Shown: positions 1 through 11,300 of the stretch, piece by piece | How the letters are laid out: every line of letters begins with the position of its first letter | Numbering within the stretch: the first letter of the stretch is position 1 | Notes under the pieces: generated by a model | Told to the model about the DNA's origin: nothing | Database searches by the model: none | The model's input: the letters and a program-made list of their open reading frames with translations, nothing else | Assembly (NCBI RefSeq): GCF_000002075.1 | Contig: NW_004798020.1 | Span: 44,550 to 108,549 of the forward strand | Direction of reading: 5' to 3' | DNA: 64,000 bases | Source: Aplysia californica | Lineage: Eukaryota | Translations under genes and position numbers: made by a program

Positions 1-129
1 AAAAAAAACCCCTTCATTTGGTTAAAATTGAGTCAAATGATCCACTCCATTGTTTACCGGAAATACGTCGGGGTGCACGATCTAGGATGTTATACTACAT
101 TACTGTGGTTATAAAAGATTATTGTCGTC

Positions 130-1320
130 TGGGTGAAAATCCAGGGGGTTGAGGTCTGGGTTGTGGGGAGCCCAAACATGGCTCAAGCTATGATCCTGGA
201 GACTGTCTCGACAAAGTGGATCCTCAATCCACCTACAGACCCCTGCCGCTGTATGGGCCGTGGCACCATATCCTGCTGAAATCATTGATGTCGGTCCGAA
301 ATTTCCGGAATTTGACAGTGACAGTGACAGTGACAGTGACAGAGACACCACCCTCTTCCACAAAACAAAATCTGAGGCCAATAATACCCTCGTAACTCCT
401 TGCCATCCTTGCCGTGGCTTTCAGTCAGCAGAGATTTTCCCAACTACCTCATCAAACCTCGATGAACCCCAAACAATGAAGTTGATTTTTTAAAAATCAA
501 CACATGCCAATTTTAATGAGGATTAACTTTTTCTCTGAACCAATCACGTTCTTAATGAAGGATTCATCTTTTCTGTGCTTATTCATAAACCACTGGCATA
601 TTCTCAGTCTCCCCTGTGCTGTAGTTTCTGATATGTGCTGGTGTGTCTGAATGCAGTATGCTTTTACAGTCCTAAATCTTGTTTCAGTGTTCTGTCTACT
701 GAGGTCTGGGAAATTTTCAAAAAACAGCGCTCTCACGCCTAACTGATTGTTTCTGTGCTTTTAATAATAGGCCTACAACATAGAACTGAAACAGTTTTTA
801 GTTTTAGTTTTAGTAGAGGTTTTGCGAGTAGAGGTTTTGCGGCATTCGCAATTGCAGAAGGTGATATGAGCGCCAGAAGATTAGGTGTTACAACAGAGTA
901 ACAAATGTAAAAAAGAAAATGGGGAGATAAGGACGGTAGATGTTTGATAGGAAAGAAGGAGCAAACCACACCAGAGCACCCGCCAACCACCCACCTGAAT
1001 ACAGTCTATCAGCTCTATGGCCTACAACAATAAAGAATCTTCCACTTGCGCCACATTCTCGTCTGTCTAAGAACTGAGAGGGTGACCTGAATAGTTTGCC
1101 TCAGTGTAGGGCCTACACTTTTTACGTCCGTTCTCAAGTAAACCAAAGCTGGAAAAGATGCCTGCCCAAAGGGCTATTAACATTCCAGATGGATTTTTAT
1201 CATTTCTGGCCCTTCGATCAACCCCAAAGCGAGCACAGAATGAGGCTCTAGTTGCTTTTAGGGATCCAGCTTTATTATAGAGTTTATCAACCAAGGACTA
1301 TTCCGTTTGGCTCCACACCA
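130..1320 (-). mobile_element. Degraded Tc1/mariner-family transposase relic (DUF4817-type N-terminus) in an EVA1C intron
   Basis: Minus-strand fragments occur in the expected order: an N-terminal HTH-like piece (LYNKAGSLKATRASFCARFG, 1067-1294), then YCIQTHQHISETTAQGRLRICQWFMNKHRKDESFIKNVIGSE (like PYKIQ..Q.L...D...R..F.....I.FSDE), then WAPHNPDLNPLDF (the WPP.SPDL.PLDF signature). Many frameshifts. Confidence 0.7.
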
Positions 1321-1782
1321 TAACATTCCTTGATTGAAGGATCAAAATAATAGACTATCAACGTAATTCACAAAGTTTATTGAACTTCCATTCAATTATG
1401 GTACTGATTTTGAGAAAACCATTCGACTTATGAAGTGTTGTTTTTTTAAATGGACAGCTTTTTTGGGGAACAGCTAGTAGTAGTACTCGTTTTTATGTCT
1501 GCAAAGATATGTATTCAGTTCTATGCCTGAAAAGATTTGTATTTAGTCGTATGTCTGCAAAGATATGTACTTGTTTGTATATCTGAAAAGGCATGAACGT
1601 CTTTGTCAAATGTACTTTTTTGTTAAAAGGCATGTACTTGTTTGTTTGTGTGGAAAGATACTTGCTTGTTTTCCCTCACCGTTTATAAGTACCCTTCCCT
1701 TGCACCACACGCAATGTAGCCACACAGAAAAAATATTTCTTCCTTCCTCTAAATGTCTTTGTTTTGCACTTTCTCCTCCCAG

Positions 1783-4700
1783 TGCCAAAGAAAATACTCA
1801 AACAGCTCCACCGTAAGTCAAACAGGAGAAAAAAGAAGAAGAAGAAGAAGAAGAAGAAAAAGAAAAAGAAGAACAAGGTCAAAGGAGGTGTGAAACGTCT
1901 GACCACTGCGAGCCCAGCAGAAGGGGAAGGAACTTCTGGATCCGCCTCCAAACTTCCAGATCCGGAGTACGGGACTTTTGTGGAGCAGCCCAGTGTGACG
2001 CAGACGGTCCCAAGTGTGACGCAGACGGTCCCTAGTGTGGCGCAGACAGTCCCTAGCGTGACAAAGGAGGTGCAGAGTGTGACACAGATAGTACCTGAGC
2101 TCACGTCTGAAGGTGGGTTTGTTTTTAGTCATGCTAAGAGTTTTATGGCACTTTCAACACAAACAGGTCGTATATGCTCCGGAGATTAGTAGAGGTGTTG
2201 TTTTTCTGCCAGTCAGGCAATTTTTATCGAATTTTTGTTTTCTTGGCTCAACTCCCTTTTTTTCCATATTAAAACATATTTCCATGTGAATTTTAGCTGA
2301 AAAAAACGTTGATTTAAGGCATAAAATGTGACATTTTTCAGTTTTCAATGACTCTTTAGCTGCTGGGAGTTATCAAACCTTTACAGACATTTTCTTGTTA
2401 ATTTCATCACTAAAACCAGGTGACCTCACCTCCTTCGTTCACAGATACCTTGACTTCATCCAAGATAGATGGGGGTTTTTTTTTCCATTGAAAACAAATG
2501 AATAAGATTTTAGGTGATACCAATAACTTCACTTGCCCTGAAATTGACGAGCGCCTGATTTCACTGCGTCGTGATATGATATATCATCACACAACTTTCC
2601 CCCTACGTCACCCCCCAAACAAACCAACTAGTAATCAATCATCCCTCCCCTCACTCATCACATTATCTCAGGCCACTTCATCTTAATTAGGTCAATGACA
2701 ATCAAAACGGTTAAGTGTCAGAAATCTAAAATTTTGCTTTTGTTTTATATCAGTTGAGAAAAAAGAAATTGTGCCAAAGCATAAGTTTCTGATATTATAT
2801 TATAGGGTTTTATCAACTTTATATGTGTATTTGTTCCCAGGGAAAGACTCTGTGCTGGAGGGAAGTGACCTGACATCATCCTCTTCTATGCCAGACGACC
2901 CACAGGACTCCCCAGACCCTCAAAACGTCACTTTACAAATGGTGACGGTACAGGATGAACCAGAGACTACAAGCCAGCCTGAGGAAGGGACGGATGTAGT
3001 GACAGAGGTAGACACAGACCTGCCCACCACCACCTCTACCACCACTACTACCACTACTGCGACCACAACTACCACCACAACTACCACCACCGCTAGCATC
3101 CTAGATGTTACAAGTCAGAAGCAGAATGCGGCTGAGGAGGAGGAGGTCAACACTGACAGCCACCTCCCGGAGAGCTCCTCAGACACAGCGAGAGATATGT
3201 CTCACAGAAATAGGGAATCCCTTGATCATGATTGGACGACCCAAGAGCCCAAACCAACGACAGATGGTTACCACAATCAGGCTGGATTTGATTATCCAAA
3301 TGTGAATGTGTTGGATGATTCAAACCTCCGAACTTCTGGCAGGAGTACCAATACTCCAAACGTTGAAGGCAGCAGAAATGACAAGGTCAAGGATGGGAAT
3401 GTTGTGGGCAGGGTCAGTGGGCAGTCGACACCGTCCTCGAACCACGACCGCCCGTCAAACACACGAAATTCTGGTACCAGCCGTGATGCAAAGGAGGTCC
3501 GTAAAGGAAACAAAGGCAAAAAGAAAGAGGGAGGGGGAGACAAGGAGTCTGAGTCTCACTATGTCACAGAGAGAAATCTGACTGTGCTCTGTATCAACTA
3601 CACCAAGCCCGACGTGAGATGGCGAGGGTTGGAACGCCCGAAGGATGAGCGATCCATCGGTTTCCTCAAAGACTGGTTCAGTGTCTGGCATTTTCTCCAC
3701 AGTAAGTATTTCATTTCCACAATAAATATTTCATGATTTCATAAAACTTGACCCCTTCATGATACAGGGTCAGTTGGTGCTTCACAGGGCACAGTTGGAG
3801 ATCCACAGGGACAAAGAGGAGCACTAGATTTAGTGGTCGAATGCCTATAACTAGACCCTGTGACCACTAACTCTCAAAGAAATAGATTTCTTTGCACAGG
3901 AAAAAATGTCCCTGAATGCTAATATTATGTGAATCTGCAAAAAGTTTTATGAATTTATCTAACAGAAGCAGTAGGCCAAATACAAAGTGGGATGAACAGC
4001 ATTTGTCATCATGGTCCTCATGCATTGCAAGGCATGACAAATGCTGTATGTCACAGCAGCAACCTGGTTCCGCACTGTAAAAGAAAAAGATGACAAATGG
4101 CGCATGTCATAGGTCACAAAAGGGATAAGAAAGTGCTACTGAAATCTAAACAGGACAAATAGAGGGGAAAAACTATAGTGGTGAGAGTTGTGCATGTTAA
4201 CATAACATATGCATCACTTGTCTCATTCAACAGGGTGTTAGATAGAAATGGAAGTTATAGTGCGGTCAAAAATTTGTGGTGCAACTTATTGTCAAATAAA
4301 TATTTCCAACTATAGATTCACCATCTTTTTGAAAAATGACTTATATCAATTTGTCTTAACAGATGAATATTTTTTTAAACACCTGTACACTGTAGTTTAG
4401 AAATTTTCTTCATTAATTATGCTAATAAAAAATCCCCGTCGCTGGTTTCCACAGGTTTTATAAAATTTACTGCTGGGGCAATATTGCTTTTAAAACCAAG
4501 TTCGTCGTTTTTTTTCTTATCGCGACATTATGCTTATTGATCACATGTTTTGAGAACCTTTAGTGTAAAAAAGTGTTCACTATAAACTTAATTTCTTGTC
4601 TCAAGTTTTGCCCAATAACAAGTATGATTGGTGTACTGTGATGTAGGCCATATGTGTATGCAATGTGTGAAATGGGAAGAGCTGTCAACAATCCCCATTT

Positions 4701-5703
4701 TCCGCGTGCCAAAGGTTTATAGTATTTTATATAAATTTAAGAAGATAATTTTTTTTATCTAGTCTAAAATGTAGTGGAAAAATATGATTAAATACAAACT
4801 GCTGTGCAAAGTGTGGGTGACAGTATTTCAACTGCATAAGAGATATTTAACGATAAGTTGCGCCACTAATTTTTTACCGCACTATAGATAATTATCATAA
4901 TGTTACAGTGAAAGTTGGGCATGTAAGTAAGTCTCTAGTTTTTGTTGTTGTTTTTTTCACTGAGAAATACATGGTGTTTCTGGTGAAGTCTTAGGTGGCC
5001 AAACACTGGAAATTCTTATTTAACAGAGAAGGAGGAGGGGGAGCTGGATGAAGAAAGAAGAAGGGGAAGTAGGAGGAAGAGTTTGAAAAGAAAGAGGAGG
5101 AGGGTGAGGAAGAGGAGGAAAAGGAAGAAGGAGAGGGGGAGGGGGAGGAGGAGGAGGAAGAGGAGAAATATAAGAGGGGAAGGGAGAGGAGGAAAAGGAG
5201 GAGGGGAAGGGAGAGGAGGAAAAGAAGAGGGAGAGGAGGAAAAGAAGAAGGGGAGGGGGAGAGGGAGAGAAGGAAAAGAAGAAGGAGAGGAGGAAAAGAA
5301 GAGGGGGGAGGGAGGAGCAGGAAAGAAACAAATAATGACACTGGTAATGTTGAGGAAGATAACTTGTGTCACTTTATCTGTACTGTGTTCCTCAGACCAC
5401 GAAGAAAAGGCCTGGCTGTACTTCACGCTGGGCATGTGTGGAGGGATCATCATCATGCTCATCATCATCCTGGTCAAAGTTTGCATCAACTTCCGGCGCA
5501 ACATCCGCGCCCGCCTTGACGTGTCCGAGCCCACTCACCGCCACGCCTACACCAGCAACAACCACAGCTCTCTCGAGGCGCCCATGTTGGAACACTCCGA
5601 CTCCATCGATCGTATTGAGGTCGTCAGGTTCAGTCCACGGTCGACCCTCCGCAGCCTCCGCAGCAATTCCAACAACAGAGATATCGTCAACTACTACGGC
5701 TGA
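1783..5703 (+). CDS. EVA1C: Protein eva-1 homolog C-like (EVA1C/FAM176 family), 3' part. Exons 1783-2112, 2841-3701, 5396-5703; the upstream lectin exons are outside the window
   Basis: Phase-1 GT-AG junctions keep the frame. The first exon opens (V)PKKIL, as after the second SUEL lectin domain of EVA1C (..CVPKNIL). The juxtamembrane/TM segment WHFLHNHEEKAWLYFTLGMCGGIIIMLIIILVKVC matches FAM176 (PERAALYFVSGVCxGL). The C-terminus ends YYG, and EVA1 proteins end in aromatic/YY motifs. Confidence 0.8.
1990..2095 (+). repeat. Coding 21-bp tandem repeat (PSVTQTV) x5
   Basis: cccagtgtgacgcagacggtc-like units read directly in the exon. Confidence 0.85.
2195..2580. mobile_element. MITE family A copy (left end truncated)
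   Basis: Shares ggtgacctcacctccttc and the terminal ttgacgagcgcctgatttcac with the copies at 16500, 20141, 42515, 45527 and 57480. Confidence 0.7.
4258..4884. mobile_element. Tc1/mariner-type MITE, ~45-bp TIRs, TA target duplication
   Basis: TA|tagtgcggtcaaaaatttgtggtgcaacttattgtcaaata ... tatttaacgataagttgcgccactaattttttaccgcacta|TA. Confidence 0.8.
5026..5330. repeat. Polypurine (GGA/GAA) low-complexity tract
   Basis: About 300 bp almost purely A/G, just upstream of the last EVA1C exon. Confidence 0.85.
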
Positions 5704-6274
5704 TGTACGTCGGCTTTGGTTTCTCTTGTGATATCTGTAAGGGTGATACCTAATGTTGTTCACATCGAAGGAAGAAGGAAAAGATCAAGATACGATTGAA
5801 GAGACTTTTGGCAGTTTCCAGAAGGCAGCAGATGGTGGAAGCAGTTCTTCAAGGACCTTGTCCCAGATTCGTGTATAGCCTCACTGGCTCACATATATCC
5901 AGACAATCTGTGTTGCTTAAAGTCGAGGAAAGGATGGTAGCAGCATTTAGTGGGTCTTACAACACATACGGTGAGTCATCCGTGCAGATGGCAGCCAACC
6001 TCCTAATATTGCCCAGACTGACCACCTTATGTGGGGGATGGGACAGCAGTGGTCACTCAAGCGGACAGTCAAGTGGACCCTGGGAGCTTTGAGATGCACA
6101 TCCTAACCATGTGTTTGTTCTGAAGGCAGCCAAGGAGATTGGAAAGTCAAAACAGAACGATATCCAGAAGCAGTTGTTTTGAATTTGGTTCATTTCTCAA
6201 TATTGGGAACATGGAGTTGCTTTGTCAAACCTGATGTAGGGAGACGTTCAGGGTCACTGGACTGTTCTCATGCT

Positions 6275-6630
6275 TATGGTATTCCATGTTTTGTCAGCGG
6301 TATTCCATGTTTATGTCAGCAGTATTCCATGTTTTTGTCAGTGGTAGTCCTGCAGTATTCCATGTTTATGTCAATGGTAGTCCTGCAGTATTCCATGTTT
6401 ATGTCAGCTGTGGTATTTTTCGTTTGTGTCTACTGTATTCTAAATCTAATATCTGTGGTTATAAGGGGTTTATGTCAGTGGTATTTCATATATATGTCTG
6501 CTGTGTTTCGTGTTAATGTTTTCAGTAAGTCCTTGTTTACGTCTGTGTTATTCTGCGTTTTTCTGTCTGTAATTAATCAGTGTTTATGTGTGAGGTATTC
6601 CATGTTCATGTCTGTGGTATTCCGCTTTTA
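6275..6630. repeat. Degenerate 22-30-bp minisatellite (gtattccatgtttatgtcagc) in the putative EVA1C 3'UTR
   Basis: Repeated gtattccatgtt cores, decaying towards the 3' end. Confidence 0.75.
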
Positions 6631-8215
6631 TCGAAATGTATAACATTCTGGATGCTTGGTATTTCATTTGCTCTGCATTATAATCTCATTTATGATGTAG
6701 TCTGCTTAAGAAAAAGGCCAAAGCAAGATCGAAACCTTTCTCATCCTTTAATGTTCACCAAACAGGTTTTGAAGAACTCTGCCCAGCTTGAATTCAACAA
6801 ATCAGAAGCAAATTACATATTGACCATTGTTTCAGAGCAGGGAAAGACAAGCTCAGTCAAACCAAAGATCCTGTATAATAAGATGGTTCACTCCTCTCTT
6901 TGAATCAATTAAAAAGGTGTCCTCAAAATCCGGTGACGCCCTCTTCGAAAAAGCGCCCACTTTGCGAACAGAGTCAACCTACTTGAGTGGAAAAAAATCA
7001 AAGTAAAACTAACAGGTTTTGTTTATATTATAATTAAAATTTATGAATAACGCCTTTTTAAATGTTAATGCTGACAAAAATCCTCTTCAAGTGGAAGGGG
7101 TGACTATTGTCTTGATTTAATTTGTCTTTAGAACGAGAAGCGAGTGGTCATTAAAATAAAATAAACCCAAAAATCCGCTCTGACTGAACTGGAACAGCTG
7201 ATGCGCATGGGGGTGCCATCCCTTTTCTTCTTCTGGAGAAACGGAAGAGAGCTTCAAAACAGAAGACTGCAGCGACATCTGAACCAATGCGCGGACTTCC
7301 GCTGACACTTTTTGGGCTGAGTGAACTACCTTGTTATGTACTATCTTTGGTCAAACTAAGAAAAACAACCTTCAGACTTTATTGTGGTCATAAAAAGTTG
7401 CATAAAATGGGATTTGTCTCATCTTGTGAAGTAGAATACACAGCATGTGACTTTTCACGGCTCATTTTTCGGGAATTAACTGTGAACAAATATCTCTTGA
7501 AGCGAAAGCAAGTGCTCAAAATTAATAGAGTGATTGAGTGACAGACATTTTGCGACACTATCAAGGACATTTTGGTCCTATAAGAGCCAGAAGTGCTCAA
7601 GTCCCATTGCTTGTTTCAGTATCGGTGTGTATCTCAATCTGTGTTTGTCTACGCTTACTTCTGACACGAAAAACGATTTGTGTAATTTTTGAGGTTATAG
7701 TTTCTGTTTACTTGTAATGTTGGTTTTATGGAAGTCAAGAGTTCTACTCTCACACAACGGGCAGTTTTGTCACTTCCTGTGGTTATCTTTGTCCGACTTT
7801 AGAGAGCTGTTTTCGTCACTAAAAAAATAAAAAGTGTGACACATGCTTGTTTACATTGAAATAAGTCAAGGGTTTTTATGTGGGGAAAAAACTTATAGTA
7901 AAAAGCAAAGTGAAAGGGGGGAAAGCATATTGAATATTGGTGCTGTAACAGTTGTATAATGTTAACGCTGATTGCTTGTTAGTATGGTTTCAACTTAAGT
8001 ACATATTCTACAATTCCTTATGTGTTATTTGCTTGTTTTATTGATGAATTTTATTAATAATTTTTTTGTGTACAATTTGCAATACAATGCCAAAGTAAAT
8101 GGTTTGAATTCTGTGAACACATTCATTTCATATTTCATAATGGGTATTTATTTATTTGTATGTGAGTGCGTTCAGGTGTACATTTTTTAGTTTTATATGA
8201 ATGAATGTTTTTATC

Positions 8216-8380
8216 NNNNNNNNNNNNNNNNNNNNNNNNNNNNNNNNNNNNNNNNNNNNNNNNNNNNNNNNNNNNNNNNNNNNNNNNNNNNNNNNNNNNN
8301 NNNNNNNNNNNNNNNNNNNNNNNNNNNNNNNNNNNNNNNNNNNNNNNNNNNNNNNNNNNNNNNNNNNNNNNNNNNNNNNN
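8216..8380. other. Assembly gap (others: 11619-11785, 14133-14349, 61714-61853, 62293-62421)
   Basis: Runs of N, some flanked by microsatellites. Confidence 0.95.
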
Positions 8381-11300
8381 TTGTGAGAATATATGTAGGC
8401 CTAGGTTATTTTCTCTTCGTATGATATGAATGGTACTCGTACGCTATAATGGATGCAGTTTTAAAATCTAGTAAATGATTTTCATTGTATATGGGAAACG
8501 GGTGATCATGAGAGGAAGGACGAGTTTTCATTCCCATTTTTCTGTGGGCTGTTGTTCTGAGGTAAAAGTTTTCCTCGGTCGATGAAGATGTTGTAAAATT
8601 GTGACTCTCAAACATTCAAATATCAAACAGTAATTCGAACAAATTTAAATTCTCACTTTAAAAATAATAAATTTGACAGTGTCTTTGTTTATGATGCTCA
8701 AAGCCAAAATTCCTTTGGGAATATAGGATAGGCGTATGCCTTTTTCAAAAGTCTAATTCAAATCAAACAAAAAAAGAATAAAGATATTAAACAAGCACTT
8801 AATGAATTTCAGGAGAGTTTTCATTCATGGAAAGTGCAAAACAAGGCTTGTCATTGTCTCCAGGAGCCCCGACGCTCACACTGTTTACTGGTCAATGTCC
8901 TTCTCTCACAGAGACTGGCTCACAAACTTGCCGTGTTTGTTGGTTCGGGTTATGCAATGATCAGGGGTCGGTGTTGTCTATATATAGATTGTAAAGCGCA
9001 TAAAGCTTGCTGTTGAGCAGGAATTTGCGCGATACAATTGCTATCTATTATTATTATTGTTATTATCGTCTTGAAATTTGTTTCTTTTTTCTTTATGTGC
9101 TGTGATGATGCTTTTCTGTCCGAAACTGTTTTCACGACATACACATAGGGCATCTCTGTGCTTCATTCATGTCATTAGCTCAGCCTGCATATGTTGACTG
9201 TTACTATTTTCAGAAATATTTTGTTGACTTAAATGACTGCATGGAAGATTTTGTTTTGTTAAAACAGAAGTGGATATCAACATGTGTCTTAAAGCCTTTC
9301 TTCTATCTACTGTCTTGTGCTATTTTTTTCTAAATGGAATGTCATAAGTAAAAAACATTGTAATGTCTTCTGGTGAAGTTCACGAGCTGTGGCACTGAAT
9401 TATTTGCTATTGATATTCTTGATTTTGTATATGATTCTTGGAGTTGTGAAAAAATTCATTATTAATGTGCACGCATTCGCATACAATGGCACCTAGTCCG
9501 CAAACGAGGGAGAAGAGAAATGCCCTTGGTTTTTAGAATGAACTGTTTTGGTTGAGCCATAGAGCACAAACAGTTTGAATAGTTAGGCTATTGCACCATG
9601 TTTCAGCCAACTGTTGAAAATGTCTCATATGGGTAATATTGGATTGCTCCGTGCAAGTCCACTCATAAGCTATTACTTTTTTACTTTCTAGGAAATACTT
9701 CAACTTCAAGTATTAAAAGTGCTGAAGAAAACCATTCAGGTAATACAACAAGTTGAAAAATGGAGATAATAATTCCCAAATAACTGTACAGCAATTCAAA
9801 GAAGCCGTAGCCGTTCCTAGTATTGACAACTAGTTCTGATTTTGTTTGTCGACATGTTTAAAAAAAAAAGTAACAGCAATGTTTAGCCTGTAATTTACTG
9901 CTCTGTTGTCACAAACGAATTGTAGAGGTTTGAAGTACTCTGTTGCTAGTTTTTGTTTTTGCACAATATTTGAGTACAAATGTTTATTGTCTAAGTTGTC
10001 TTCAGTCCTATAGGTCTTCTGCTCCAACTAAGTAAAGTCACTTAGCAGGGCCATCTATTGAAAACAGCGCAATAAGATTAGAGCAACACGTTTTCTGCAC
10101 CTCTTGTCACATGTTCAACCCCTTTTACATCTGTGTGTAATAAATTGTATGATTTTTATATTTATTTTTAAAAAGTAATAGTACCATTTGAATAGGGCAT
10201 TCCATACCATAATCAAATGGTATTCAAAAGATGCTTGAAATCAAAAGCCATCTTTGTAAGCTAAAAATGTGATGCTATTTTTTAAATCTGTAATTTCCAA
10301 TCAATGTGTAGTGACCAAATTATAAAAAAATGGTTTTTAAAAATTCCTTTTAGATGAATTTATGTTGTGAATGTCATAACAGTTACCTCACTTCTGTAGT
10401 TTAACATATACAGGTGTATCATAGTTTGATCAACTTTAAGTTGAATGTAGTTTTTTACATTTATTTGATATTTATTTATTTACTTGTACAGTTTCATTCA
10501 TACCTGAATTTAAAGAAATATGGAAATGACATGATGCATTTATTTTTCAAAAGCATCCAGCTTGTGAGACAGTATGTAGTGCAGTATATTATGGAGGGGC
10601 TAAAGTCACCTAGTGCATATAAAAGCTTGATTTGAGAGTATTTTTGCTTTCTCTCGAGCCAGAATCACTCATTTCATGATTACTTTTGTGTATATTGAGC
10701 TGTGCTTTTTCATTATGCAAAGAGTGTATAGAATTAGGATTTCTCGTTAGGAGCTAATGAATAAGGTGGGTGTGTTTTGGGTAGGTTTTTTTCACTTTAT
10801 TTTTAAAACTGTTTTTGTATTAGAATAGATTGAAGTAGCCTATGCCTAAGTTCATATCTTCTCATCTTACATTAGTCACTGAGTTATACATCAATTCATA
10901 CCAGTTATATTAAAAATATCAAATTTTTTTTGCTTTGAATGGTTGAGGAACTACCTGAGAAAAAAACCACTTAAATAAGGAATGTATAGAGAATAATAAT
11001 CTATGGAATGGGGAAAACATCTCTATCAAAGCAACAAGACAAGGTTATTTCGGAGACATGGCCTCACATTTAACATTCTCCTCTGATAGGATACAGTCAG
11101 GTAGACAGAGAACAGCTGTCTTTCTCAAATACCATATAATATATATATTTACTTAAACTTCTTTATCAAAGATTCAAAGGAAGATCACCCACATGGCCGG
11201 CTATCACAATATCAAAGGAGCTATCGCAGCCCCGGAGAAAATATTATAATAGTTTCGATAGTTTTTGGTGCCAGTTGCAGAAACTTAAATCTTTTAATTA

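Noticed and set aside
4991-5395. Long R/K/E/G- or S/F/P-rich ORFs
   Set aside because: Artefacts of the intronic polypurine tract. Real coding starts at the acceptor at 5396.
6179-6643. 154-aa hydrophobic ORF
   Set aside because: Translation of a minisatellite in the putative 3'UTR; no splice or homology support.
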